A stretch of DNA of 64,000 nucleotides, taken from the sequence record KT919973.1; one strand, written 5' to 3'. Below, piece after piece: positions 37,910-47,255 of this stretch. Numbering within the stretch: position 1 is the first letter of the stretch; every line of letters starts with the position of its first letter. A program made the position numbers and the translations under genes. Under the pieces are notes generated by a model, which worked only from the letters and a program-made list of their open reading frames with translations, was not told the origin of the DNA and made no database searches.

Positions 37910-38827
37910 ATGAAACTGATTGTAACAGTCGGTGTGCCTGCGTCCGGCAAAACTACGTGGGCTGAGAAATTCTGTGCGAACGGGAAAGCAGTAAACGTCA
38001 ATCGCGACGATACTCGTCAAGAACTGTTCGGTCCCTTCAAGTGGGGCGAATACAAATTCACGAAGCAAAACGAAGAACTTGTAACTAAAGTCAACAAAGA
38101 CAAAGCTATGCTTGCACTTCGTCAAGGTAAGAGTGTTGTTATCTCTGATACAAACCTTGTGCCTGAACGTCGCGAAATGTGGCGCAACATCGCACAAGAG
38201 CTAGGCGCTGAATACGAAGAGAAGTTATTTCATATCTCTTTCGATGAAGCATTTGCACGCGATAAAGCTCGTGAAATGTCAGTCGGCGGTAAAGTTCTAA
38301 CAACTATGTTCCAGAACTATCACAAACACAATCGCGATTTGATTATTGCGCACTTCAAATCTCTGCTTGAACCTCTGTGGGAAGAAGGTACTGATTTGTG
38401 TGTATTGTCAGACATCGACGGTACGGTTGCTGAAATGCATAAAGGTATCAAAGGTCGTCGTAGCCCATTTGAATGGCTACGTGTTGAAGAAGATTCGCCA
38501 CGTGATACTGTAATCGAAATGCTAGATCTTCTAAGCGCCCACTACCCAATCATTTTCATGAGCGGTCGTGATGGTGTCTGCGAAGAGCATACACGCCGTT
38601 GGCTATTGAAACATATGCCATTCGCGTATTCAAGTGGGTTTGGTTTGGTCATGCGTGGTAAAGGCGATTCGCGACCAGACTGGGTAATCAAACTAGAATT
38701 GCTACTAGAATTAGCAAAACGTGGTTATCGTCGTCCTATTGTGATGTTCGATGACCGTGACCAAGTAGTCAATACTCTACGTGAAGTAGGTGTTGAAGTG
38801 TTCCAAGTACAACCAGGTAACTTTTAA
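37910..38827 (+). CDS. pseT: Polynucleotide 5'-kinase/3'-phosphatase
   Basis: GVPASGKTT P-loop, NRDD.R, ISDTNL; HAD domain DIDGT, SGR and FDDR. Confidence 0.95.
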   Translation: MKLIVTVGVPASGKTTWAEKFCANGKAVNVNRDDTRQELFGPFKWGEYKFTKQNEELVTKVNKDKAMLALRQGKSVVISDTNLVPERREMWRNIAQELGAEYEEKLFHISFDEAFARDKAREMSVGGKVLTTMFQNYHKHNRDLIIAHFKSLLEPLWEEGTDLCVLSDIDGTVAEMHKGIKGRRSPFEWLRVEEDSPRDTVIEMLDLLSAHYPIIFMSGRDGVCEEHTRRWLLKHMPFAYSSGFGLVMRGKGDSRPDWVIKLELLLELAKRGYRRPIVMFDDRDQVVNTLREVGVEVFQVQPGNF

Positions 38828-38839
38828 AAAGGTAAAAAT

Positions 38840-39391
38840 ATGATTGAAACATTAGTAACAGTAGCAGCAATCTTGTTTGTGTTGTTTGTCATTTACATGT
38901 ACAAGCGTGCCTCAGACAAACAAAAAGCAGAAAATGCGAAGTCGATGCGTGAACAAGCAAGCCCTGACATTCTCGGCAATCTGCGTGAGCGTGATGCACA
39001 AGAACTACGTTCGTTGAACGGTACGTCAAGCAATGCAAAATCTCGTGTGACTCACTCAGTGCGTCATAACGTACCAAAAACTCAATCACAGTCGCGTACG
39101 TCTCGTAAGCGCCGTGAAGATGATGACATTGTGACGAACCCACTGCATCCCTTAAACCCGATTACTGACCCTGTAGGTCTGTATTCAGATGACGAGCCAG
39201 CACGCTCACGACCTGAACCAAGCTACTCTGCTCCTGAGCCGAGTTACAGCGAACCAGAGCGCGTGTCTAGCCCGGGTAGTTACTCATTCGGTGGTAGTTC
39301 TGACAGCTCTTCAAGCTACTCAAGTTCGAGTGATAGTGGTTCAAGCTACTCAAGCAGCGATAGCAGTTCTGGTGGTGGGAGCTTTGACTAA
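38840..39391 (+). CDS. Membrane-anchored protein with a Ser/Asp-rich low-complexity tail
   Basis: N-terminal TM helix; EPSYS repeats and SSSYSSSSD repeats. Confidence 0.7.
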   Translation: MIETLVTVAAILFVLFVIYMYKRASDKQKAENAKSMREQASPDILGNLRERDAQELRSLNGTSSNAKSRVTHSVRHNVPKTQSQSRTSRKRREDDDIVTNPLHPLNPITDPVGLYSDDEPARSRPEPSYSAPEPSYSEPERVSSPGSYSFGGSSDSSSSYSSSSDSGSSYSSSDSSSGGGSFD

Positions 39392-39903
39392 TGATTGTAT
39401 CTGAGATTCGTGGCGATTTAGTCGCCACTCTCGCTCACGCGATTGAAAACCCTAATCATCAACGTACGTTTATCATGGGGCAAGGTTGTAACTGTTTTAT
39501 CAGACAAGGTGCAGGTATTGCAGGTCAATTACGACGTTTCCCCGAAGTTTACCAAGCTGATATCGACTTCGGTCGTAGCGGTGACCCACTGAAGCTAGGT
39601 GAATACTCGGTTGCGTTGTTTGATGACCACGGAACTGTCCCTCAAGCTGTTGTGTTTAACATGTACACACAGTTCAGCATGGGTACGAAAGAGAGACACG
39701 CTGAATACTCTGCAATTGCTGAATCTGTGCGTGGTATCGTTCGCTATCTTGAAGGCAATGACGATAAAATCTACTTACCTCTTATTGGTGCGGGTCTAGC
39801 GGGTGGTGATTGGGAAATTATTCGTGATATCATCGACCGTGCAAGCGGTAGTAAAGAAATCGTTATTGTTCATTTTGAAGAAGATAAATTAATCGACTGG
39901 TGA
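39391..39903 (+). CDS. Macrodomain protein (Appr-1''-p processing, T4 Tk.4-like)
   Basis: IRGDLV, QGCNCF...GAGIAGQL, NMYTQ and LPLIGAGLAGGDW. Confidence 0.9.
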   Translation: MIVSEIRGDLVATLAHAIENPNHQRTFIMGQGCNCFIRQGAGIAGQLRRFPEVYQADIDFGRSGDPLKLGEYSVALFDDHGTVPQAVVFNMYTQFSMGTKERHAEYSAIAESVRGIVRYLEGNDDKIYLPLIGAGLAGGDWEIIRDIIDRASGSKEIVIVHFEEDKLIDW

Positions 39904-39906
39904 TGT

Positions 39907-40077
39907 ATGTTCCCTTCCGAACTTGCGTTTAATGCATTGATTTTATTGCTTATTCTGTCATTGATTGCATTATTTGTATATTTTATTACGAAAATGATTG
40001 ACAAGAGTGAGGCTAAACGTGTTAAACTACGTCATAAGATCATAAGGCAACGAGCTAGAAAGAGATTACCTAAATGA
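39907..40077 (+). CDS. Small membrane protein (56 aa; not in the ORF track)
   Basis: MFPSELAFNALILLLILSLIALFVYFITK TM segment with a basic tail; ATGA overlap with the next gene. Confidence 0.55.
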   Translation: MFPSELAFNALILLLILSLIALFVYFITKMIDKSEAKRVKLRHKIIRQRARKRLPK

Positions 40078-40304
40078 GTTTTGAAACAAATAAAAAACTT
40101 GCTGAAGCTTTCGACTCGTGGCGCATTGTCCCTCGAATTTTAGTTGCAATGTATTGCTACTTGCTTTATACTACAGCAATATGGTTCATGGCACTGCCTG
40201 ACCCTTCAGCAACACAATCTGCATTTGTATCGACTATTGTCGGTGCAGGTGCAGCGATATTCGGTTTATACACAAATTCTGGAAAAGGAAAAACAAATGG
40301 CTAA
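40074..40304 (+). CDS. Small two-TM membrane protein
   Basis: FDSWRIVPR...WFMALP.PS..QSAFVS.IVGAG..FGLY. Confidence 0.7.
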   Translation: MSFETNKKLAEAFDSWRIVPRILVAMYCYLLYTTAIWFMALPDPSATQSAFVSTIVGAGAAIFGLYTNSGKGKTNG

Positions 40305-40488
40305 ATTACTTTACGCACACGAAGTTGAACATGAAATGCAACGACGCGACGTGTGGTTGAAAGCATGGTGTCATACTGCGAACGCAAATGACTGTAAAGA
40401 AACATCAACTGCAACAAACTATGCTGATGCATGTCTAGCTGCGTTTGACCGTCGATTTGAAAATATTAAGGTGGTATCAGATGCTTGA
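40297..40488 (+). CDS. Hypothetical protein
   Basis: ATG at 40297 after AAGGA. Confidence 0.6.
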   Translation: MAKLLYAHEVEHEMQRRDVWLKAWCHTANANDCKETSTATNYADACLAAFDRRFENIKVVSDA

Positions 40489-40879
40489 TTTAGATGTAGT
40501 ACTACTCAACCCAAATATCATCAAGTCAACTGAAATCGCTGGTCATAACTTCGGTGTTCAGGTCATTGAAATTGTAAGTGATAATATTTCTGGCGACGAC
40601 GTTGATAACTTTATTGATTTCATCGTTGAAGCTGAAACACAAGAACGTGAGCACCCGTATGTTGGTCACTTCTACGGCGACTTACTAGTATTGAACGTAG
40701 CTGAAGAACGTCACCACTTCGAAGCGCGTATGTCTGAAGAAGACATTGCGAATCTAACAATCGAGCTTGATGATGCATTCATTCAACACACATACGAGTT
40801 TATTGAATGGTACAAGCGAAAAGCGCGAGAGTTCTTCGATGATGATGAATTAGAATTCGAAATTGACAATCAAATCTAG
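40481..40879 (+). CDS. Hypothetical acidic protein
   Basis: ATG at 40481 after AAGGTG. Confidence 0.7.
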   Translation: MLDLDVVLLNPNIIKSTEIAGHNFGVQVIEIVSDNISGDDVDNFIDFIVEAETQEREHPYVGHFYGDLLVLNVAEERHHFEARMSEEDIANLTIELDDAFIQHTYEFIEWYKRKAREFFDDDELEFEIDNQI

Positions 40880-40881
40880 TT

Positions 40882-40910
40882 AAATCCCGTCGGTTAAGAC
40901 GGGATTTTTT
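40882..40910 (+). terminator. Rho-independent terminator
   Basis: AAATCCCGTC-GGTTAA-GACGGGATTT followed by a T tract. Confidence 0.85.
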
Positions 40911-40916
40911 GTTTTG

Positions 40917-40924
40917 TCTAAATA
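40917..40924 (+). promoter_or_regulatory. Late-promoter-like element
   Basis: TCTAAATA, 28 nt before 40953. Confidence 0.5.
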
Positions 40925-40952
40925 GAAGAAACAACATTAAAAGGTTAATTAA

Positions 40953-42404
40953 ATGAAACAATTTAACGAATTTTATCAAGAAGTTCGCCTTGATGAGATT
41001 TCTGATCGTGCGAATATCGACATTGATTGGGATTGGGGTCATGAGAACGGGACGGGCGAGACTTCAGCGAGATTCGACGCTGCTGGTGAGCGATTTGAAG
41101 TTGGTGTTGAAGAAAGCAACCCTGGTTATTTCACTATTACATTCCAAAACTCAGGTGGTTATGCTCAGACAGGTAAAGCAGGACACTCTGCGGCTGCGGT
41201 ATTCTCTGGTGTATTGACGACTCTACGTGAATTCACCGAGACGTATGAAGAAGAAATGGGCATGAAGCCGTATGAATATGACTTCAGCGCAGCTTATGAA
41301 CTACCAAAGAATCACGAGTACTACGCACTTGTTAACAATCGACGCGAAGCGACTCGTTTAGATGAAGAAAGCAAGAAGAAGCTATTGAAAGACTTGATTT
41401 CTCGTCCGATGCTTTACTACGCTCTATCGTTGACGTTTGGTAAAGAATACGGCTATTCGACTGACATTAGCGACCGTTGGCTTGCACGTCTAGCAGGCGG
41501 TGCAAACGATTTCCGCTCTGTTCGTAAGAACGTGACGCGCAGTATTCTTTCAATGAGCGACAGCGACGTTAACCAAGCGTTGATGAGCATGAGTGGTTCT
41601 GTCTCTTTCACACTTACTAACGAGAACGAGCGTGCTAGTAGCTACGATACAGCATTCGGTGGCGGACCGTCTCTTGAAGATTTTGTTGATGAAGCAGATC
41701 AATATCAAATCGAAGCATGGATCAATGAAGGTCGTGAAGATGAAATCATTGAACACGCAGATTGGCAAACTCTAGTTCGTATTGCTAGTTGGGGTCTGAT
41801 GCACGAAGAGCTGATTTTCCACGATGACGAAGACGTTCGTGCAGCGGTAGTTGAGTCAGATTACGAAATGGGCGATAAACTTGCTTCATCTGGCGATTGG
41901 CAACACCGTAAACAAGCTGCGGACATGGGTTTTGGTATTTGGGATCTTGTTCTTGACTCAGATGAAGATGTACGGGACACAGCGTGGGATTGGTCATTCT
42001 CAAACGACGATGCAGACACACGTATCACATATGCGAAACGCTACGAAAGTGAATTCGGTCGCGATATGGCAGAAGATATCTGGGATAGAATGATCGATGA
42101 TACAGATGATTACGAAGAACGCCAATACGTAGCCGAACAAGGTTATCGAGTTGAGGAACTTCTAGCAGACCATGATGAAGACGTGCGCGAATCTGCAATT
42201 GGTGCGGTATTTAACGTACTGGGGTTAGATGGTCGCGAAGCTGCTGAGTTCTTGATGAATAACTCAGATCCATATCAAGAAGAGGTGTTTGAATACGCTA
42301 TAAATGGTAACTTCGGTCCGTCATTTGATGAAGCACTTATTGAGCTTGCTGAAGAAAACGGCGTTGATGTATCTGAGTACAAAGACGACGAAGACGAAGA
42401 ATAA
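40953..42404 (+). CDS. Putative virion internal protein: EAFD-family domain plus acidic HEAT-like repeats
   Basis: MKQFNEFYQEVRLDE leader; three LxxDxDEDVR repeats; very D/E-rich. Confidence 0.65.
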   Translation: MKQFNEFYQEVRLDEISDRANIDIDWDWGHENGTGETSARFDAAGERFEVGVEESNPGYFTITFQNSGGYAQTGKAGHSAAAVFSGVLTTLREFTETYEEEMGMKPYEYDFSAAYELPKNHEYYALVNNRREATRLDEESKKKLLKDLISRPMLYYALSLTFGKEYGYSTDISDRWLARLAGGANDFRSVRKNVTRSILSMSDSDVNQALMSMSGSVSFTLTNENERASSYDTAFGGGPSLEDFVDEADQYQIEAWINEGREDEIIEHADWQTLVRIASWGLMHEELIFHDDEDVRAAVVESDYEMGDKLASSGDWQHRKQAADMGFGIWDLVLDSDEDVRDTAWDWSFSNDDADTRITYAKRYESEFGRDMAEDIWDRMIDDTDDYEERQYVAEQGYRVEELLADHDEDVRESAIGAVFNVLGLDGREAAEFLMNNSDPYQEEVFEYAINGNFGPSFDEALIELAEENGVDVSEYKDDEDEE

Positions 42405-42410
42405 TATTAA

Positions 42411-42447
42411 AAAAGGGTTGACAGATGTCAGCCCTTTTTTGTATTAT
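42411..42447 (+). promoter_or_regulatory. Terminator/early promoter cassette
   Basis: AAAAGGGTTGACA-GA-TGTCAGCCCTTTT; TTGACA (42418) and TATTAT (42442). Confidence 0.8.
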
Positions 42448-42477
42448 AGCTTTATCGAAAACGAAAAAGAGAATAAT

Positions 42478-42750
42478 ATGAACATTAATGACTTAACAGA
42501 AATATTCATCAACATTCACGACGAGCATTATGACGTTGATGAGACATTAGATCGAATCGAAGCATCTATTGATCGAGACGACGTACACGGTGTGTTTATG
42601 CCCTTTACACAAGGCGTGAGCATCTTTTTCGAGAAGTTTGACGACGAAACGCTTGAATTGGAAAAGTATCAAGAATTCGTCATCGAGAAACTACATAGTG
42701 AGTTTGGTGACGAGATTGGTGAAATTGAATTTGAAATTAGAGAGAATTAA
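42478..42750 (+). CDS. Hypothetical acidic early protein
   Basis: ATG at 42478 after AAAGAG. Confidence 0.7.
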   Translation: MNINDLTEIFINIHDEHYDVDETLDRIEASIDRDDVHGVFMPFTQGVSIFFEKFDDETLELEKYQEFVIEKLHSEFGDEIGEIEFEIREN

Positions 42751-42751
42751 G

Positions 42752-43375
42752 ATGTTATTAGCTGACTACATTAAACACGTGATGCAAGAATATCACACGA
42801 TTTTCCCGACTCGATTTTCAGTACTAGATCATCTTTTCGCTACGAACGGTAATGGGATTACTCTCAAAGATGGTTATATCATGGATTTCGAGACTCGGCA
42901 AGTCAAAGAGCCTACACGTTTATCGCGTGAAGAGATTATTCAACATGTGAAAGACTCTTCAGATTATAGACTTGGGTGGTGTGCTCGTGTGATTAAAGAA
43001 ATCGGTGATGAGTACCCCGAAGCAACAGAAAAGTTGAAGAAGCGTTTAGAATCTCATATGGCAGAAGACGAGCGAACAATCGAACGTCTGTGCAACATTG
43101 ACGAAGCATACAAAATTCAACCCGATTTAACACGACTTGAGGTGTATGCATGGGGTGGCTCGCGTCGTTATATCCCGATGTATGATTTCGAGAAATCGAA
43201 ATACGATGACACAATCGAGCAGCTTGAGTACTTCAGAGATTGCATTGTCAATGCGACACCTTATGAACTCACTGAAGATTCTTCTGACACAGAAAAATTC
43301 TACGCTCGTGGGGTTCTGTCGTGGAAAGAAAACGTCGGCGAAATCGACAAAATCATTAAAAAACTTCGCAAATGA
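42752..43375 (+). CDS. Hypothetical protein
   Basis: ATG at 42752; 207 aa. Confidence 0.7.
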   Translation: MLLADYIKHVMQEYHTIFPTRFSVLDHLFATNGNGITLKDGYIMDFETRQVKEPTRLSREEIIQHVKDSSDYRLGWCARVIKEIGDEYPEATEKLKKRLESHMAEDERTIERLCNIDEAYKIQPDLTRLEVYAWGGSRRYIPMYDFEKSKYDDTIEQLEYFRDCIVNATPYELTEDSSDTEKFYARGVLSWKENVGEIDKIIKKLRK

Positions 43376-43419
43376 TGTTTATCTTTTCTGTGTTTTTCTT
43401 ATAATAGAGTAAGCATGTT

Positions 43420-43797
43420 ATGTTACACAAATATTCGACCAATCGTTTTATGAACATGGTTAATTACATGAGTTCTCAATTCGTGCAAGGTACGATATTC
43501 TTGGGATTCATGCCGATTACAGCGCCCAGCGATTCTTGGGGAATGTACGTACCTGAGAGTGACCATCGCTGGTGCGCTGTCCATTTATTCGACTCTGAGC
43601 AACAAGCGACACGCTCAGATGAAGAAGAACGCGAACAGAAGCGAATCAATAAAGGTTATGAGTGGTTAATTGTGCTTTACGGTACAGACAATTCATCATA
43701 CATGAAACGCTTTAAGCGTCGTGAAGACGCAATCGCATGGTTCTTCAATGAAGAATCAGTTAAAACACTAGATGGGCTATTCTTTTACAATAGCTAA
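43420..43797 (+). CDS. Hypothetical protein
   Basis: 125-aa ORF; start uncertain. Confidence 0.6.
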   Translation: MLHKYSTNRFMNMVNYMSSQFVQGTIFLGFMPITAPSDSWGMYVPESDHRWCAVHLFDSEQQATRSDEEEREQKRINKGYEWLIVLYGTDNSSYMKRFKRREDAIAWFFNEESVKTLDGLFFYNS

Positions 43798-43809
43798 TAG
43801 AGAGAATAC

Positions 43810-44430
43810 ATGAACGTTGAACAAACATTGCGAGAGTTGAATCAAATTAACAACAAGGTTTACACTCGCATCGTAAATGAAGCAATGAAGCCGAATATTC
43901 TTTCAATTTACGAACATGTGAAATTGAAAATCGGGTACAATAAAGAAATCTGGTATGGTGATGCTGATGTATACGTATCAATCGAGCCAGCGTATGTGAA
44001 ATACAAAGAAGAACACGACGTTCTGATCATCAAAAACGTAGTATCGTGCTTTGAACGTGGCGTAGTTGTTGCTATCGTCAACAAAAAGACTGGGGACATC
44101 CCACTCTGTAAGTGTGTTGAGTCACACGGTGTGAAGCGCGAAGGTTGGGACTTCGGGGATCATCGCGATTGGGAAGTTGAAGGTCTTGATACGCTTCGCG
44201 ACCACAATTGGAAATTCGGTTATGAAGATCTTCGAGATGACTCGTTAGTATTCAAGCGAGAATCTTACTGGGAAGACGTTCGACCTGACAAACCATACAA
44301 CGACTGGCATCGTGCATCACATGGCTGTGGATTTCTTGTGGATAACTTGCTATACGCTGAACGAGAAATCAGATGGACATATCACATGGTCGTCGAAGAT
44401 GAAGCATATACAATTTGCGATGAAGAATAA
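43810..44430 (+). CDS. Hypothetical protein
   Basis: 206-aa ORF, AGAGAG RBS. Confidence 0.7.
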   Translation: MNVEQTLRELNQINNKVYTRIVNEAMKPNILSIYEHVKLKIGYNKEIWYGDADVYVSIEPAYVKYKEEHDVLIIKNVVSCFERGVVVAIVNKKTGDIPLCKCVESHGVKREGWDFGDHRDWEVEGLDTLRDHNWKFGYEDLRDDSLVFKRESYWEDVRPDKPYNDWHRASHGCGFLVDNLLYAEREIRWTYHMVVEDEAYTICDEE

Positions 44431-44454
44431 AAAAAGGGGCGAAAGCCCCTTTTT
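44429..44454. terminator. Bidirectional terminator
   Basis: AAAAAAAGGGGC-GAAA-GCCCCTTTTT between convergent genes. Confidence 0.85.
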
Positions 44455-45508
44455 ATGGTCGGTAGATCATATGATTAGAACCCATTCGTTCCCATGACCC
44501 TAGATTCATACGATTACGCATTTCAGCGAATAATGCTGAGTTTGCTCGTATATCATCAAGTGGTAGCGCAACTACACCTTCAGTTTTATGTGCCAGTAAT
44601 TCAAGTTTATCTAGCAAATCGCTAGAATTCCGACCGTCGTATTTAAACTGACTGAACCAATAACCAATCTTACTAAACTTCTTATCTCTGGTGTATCTCA
44701 CATCAAACCCTTTCAATGCATACATCAAGCTGCTTTCTTTACCTTTAAACGGTTGTCTCGACTCACTGTGTTCAGCCCCTGCACGCGAAATCAATCGTTT
44801 CTTAGACTCTTCTGGTATATTGTCCCACCCATCAAAGTTGTGTTTAAATCGATTAATCCATGCTTGAGCAGTGGCTGGTGAATTTTTAAAATCTGCTTTA
44901 GTATCTGCAATCGCTTGTGCATAACGAGCGTTTATCTCGTGCGAATAGTTCTGATATTCGTCGTGTGTCGCTTTGTGACCTGCTTTAGCATGTCGAATGA
45001 ACTCTTTATCGATATAAGCTCTATTACGCCCTGAGTGTTGATATACACCCTCTTCGTCGCGTGTCTCGAAGTCTTCTATATCACCAGAACGCCAGTTATC
45101 ATAAGCATGTTGAAGTTCATGTAATGTAGTGCTGTACATCTGTTCTTTCTCGACTCTAAACTTAGCCATAATCTGACTCACCGCAGTGACACCGGTTATA
45201 TCAACGGTGATTTGCAAGTTCCCTGCTTCACCTGCTTCTGGGTCGTGTAAAGCACCGCGCCAAACACCCATTTCGGTTGGGTTTTGGTTATCAAGTTTAA
45301 GATAAGCAACGATACCACGCGCAAGAAGCGCATCGAACTCAGTTTCACCAGTTTTGATGTTCAGATTCTTGGTATTGAGCGCGAGTTTGTTTGGGTCGAA
45401 TGGTCGGCTACTTAGAGCTGCTTCTAATTGTGTCTCAAGCTTATCGACAATAAACTTAGATGCGTACTCTAATGCACGCTGCGATTGAACGTTTTCAAAA
45501 ATAATCAT
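44453..45508 (-). CDS. Putative zincin-like metalloprotease, probably late-expressed or virion-associated
   Basis: TTLHELQHAY (HExxH) with distal Y..YSHEINAR; MIIFE leader as in 13417. Confidence 0.65.
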   Translation of the reverse strand: MIIFENVQSQRALEYASKFIVDKLETQLEAALSSRPFDPNKLALNTKNLNIKTGETEFDALLARGIVAYLKLDNQNPTEMGVWRGALHDPEAGEAGNLQITVDITGVTAVSQIMAKFRVEKEQMYSTTLHELQHAYDNWRSGDIEDFETRDEEGVYQHSGRNRAYIDKEFIRHAKAGHKATHDEYQNYSHEINARYAQAIADTKADFKNSPATAQAWINRFKHNFDGWDNIPEESKKRLISRAGAEHSESRQPFKGKESSLMYALKGFDVRYTRDKKFSKIGYWFSQFKYDGRNSSDLLDKLELLAHKTEGVVALPLDDIRANSALFAEMRNRMNLGSWERMGSNHMIYRP

Positions 45509-45540
45509 CTTTTTTCTCGAATTCGGTTGACTGTATTACT

Positions 45541-45548
45541 TATTTAGG
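45541..45548 (-). promoter_or_regulatory. Late-promoter-like element
   Basis: CCTAAATA on the minus strand, 32 nt before the ATG at 45508. Confidence 0.5.
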
Positions 45549-45585
45549 TTAATATCTATCGCATCGAAACGAAAGAGAGAACACT

Positions 45586-46281
45586 ATGACTAATGCAGCT
45601 CGCAAATATGTGTACGACATCTTCCATGATGAGCTTCAAAAGCCGTCTGTGAATCTAGACGCCTTTAAAATTAAAGGTTCAAATGGTAAACCACTTCTCG
45701 GTTATCTGACTGACACACATCTACGCAAACTACGATTTGTTATGTTCGTGAGTAAGCGACATGCATCCGAGTACGGACGTTCTTGTTGGTCTCATGATGT
45801 TCGTGATGATTGTGACAAAATCGAAGGTACTTGGTCGAGCGTAGCGAAAGAAATTATAAAGCGCAAAGCTGAATACGCAAATTACGTGACTAAGACGTAT
45901 CTTGATTACGACTATGGTGTTGAAGAGCCGACCCTTGCGATCATCGACAAGATGCTGAATAAACCGAAGCGTTTTCACGTTGCAAAGTACGTCAACAATG
46001 AAATGTGTGTTAGTGAGAATAATGATTCAATTGTGCTAATTGATCGTGATACTGATGTGAAATTCGTTGTGAAGTATCAAGATTTTCGCTATACTGGCGA
46101 ATTGATGCGTCTCGCAACGCCTGCAAACGTGTTTACCAATAACGAAGAGAAAGCACTTTGCAGTGCAATTTCAAATCTCGTGAGTTCTCGAATCAACGAT
46201 ATTCTTGCTAAGAAGCGAGCGAAAGAAGAGAAACGTCGCCAAGCAAAACGCCAACAACTAATTGAAGCATACGGAGCTTAA
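45586..46281 (+). CDS. Hypothetical protein
   Basis: 231 aa; preceded by the CATCGAAACGAAAGAGAG leader motif. Confidence 0.75.
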   Translation: MTNAARKYVYDIFHDELQKPSVNLDAFKIKGSNGKPLLGYLTDTHLRKLRFVMFVSKRHASEYGRSCWSHDVRDDCDKIEGTWSSVAKEIIKRKAEYANYVTKTYLDYDYGVEEPTLAIIDKMLNKPKRFHVAKYVNNEMCVSENNDSIVLIDRDTDVKFVVKYQDFRYTGELMRLATPANVFTNNEEKALCSAISNLVSSRINDILAKKRAKEEKRRQAKRQQLIEAYGA

Positions 46282-46283
46282 TC

Positions 46284-46676
46284 ATGGCATATCAAGTAAT
46301 CAACGGCAAATTGCGTAAAGTAAAGAAAAACAAGCCACGCGACTATGATAAAGAGTGGTCAAAGATGCACGAAACTGCCAAGAAGCAAGCAGAAATCATG
46401 GATCGCATTCATGAACGTGAGCGCATTGAACGTCTAGGTTCTCGTGAGCGTCATGAAGCAATGATTGACCTTGCTAAACGCAATGATCGTAAAGGTAAGA
46501 AAGGCGGCGACTGTAACGTAACTCAGTGTCAAAAGCCCGGTGCAAGCTCTTACAACACTGCAATGAGAGCGTATTACTGCGAGTCTTGTGCTAAAGAAAT
46601 TTGGTTAGTAGGTCAACGTCAAGGTCGTGACTTTATTCGACCAACACCAGATTACACATACAAGTACGAGGGTTAA
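46284..46676 (+). CDS. Hypothetical protein with a Cys4 zinc-finger-like motif
   Basis: CNVTQC...YYCESC. Confidence 0.7.
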   Translation: MAYQVINGKLRKVKKNKPRDYDKEWSKMHETAKKQAEIMDRIHERERIERLGSRERHEAMIDLAKRNDRKGKKGGDCNVTQCQKPGASSYNTAMRAYYCESCAKEIWLVGQRQGRDFIRPTPDYTYKYEG

Positions 46677-46680
46677 TCTC

Positions 46681-46920
46681 ATGGGCGAATTTTTATTTCT
46701 TATGTTCATTATCACGTTTGTAATTTCAAACATTATCGCAATTTTCACGGGTCTGCATATAATATTCGAACGAACATACAATATACCCATGATTATGATC
46801 ATGTTATATGGGTTTATCGGTACACTACTAGTGTCAATTGTTATGTTTATTCTGTTTATCATATGTAAAATCGAGCAAACGAAATTCTGGCAAAACATTT
46901 CTAAAATGAGAGAAATTTAA
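46681..46920 (+). CDS. Hypothetical membrane protein
   Basis: ATG at 46681 after GAGGG; two TM segments. Confidence 0.65.
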   Translation: MGEFLFLMFIITFVISNIIAIFTGLHIIFERTYNIPMIMIMLYGFIGTLLVSIVMFILFIICKIEQTKFWQNISKMREI

Positions 46921-47255
46921 TGCAACAAATTGTATTATATGTTGATTATCAAAACCCACGCACTGCAATCGTAGCTGATACTACGTTGAGAGACGAAGAT
47001 TATGATCTATCGGGTATGGGGTTGTCTAAAGCATGGCAATCGAACTACATTGCACTTGAAAAGCAAGGCAAATGGCGTCTAGTGAAATGTCGTTATGTAA
47101 TTGGGTTCGAATCAATAGAATTCAACACGATTGACGGTATAGTTGCGTTCATCAATGCGATTAACATCGACAACAATCAACCAACGATTAAATCAGTCGT
47201 GTTTGAAAAAGTCGCGCCTGTGTATGAAAACATCAAAGTAAGAGGTTTATCATGA
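46920..47255 (+). CDS. Hypothetical protein
   Basis: 111-aa ORF; TAATG overlap. Confidence 0.7.
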   Translation: MQQIVLYVDYQNPRTAIVADTTLRDEDYDLSGMGLSKAWQSNYIALEKQGKWRLVKCRYVIGFESIEFNTIDGIVAFINAINIDNNQPTIKSVVFEKVAPVYENIKVRGLS

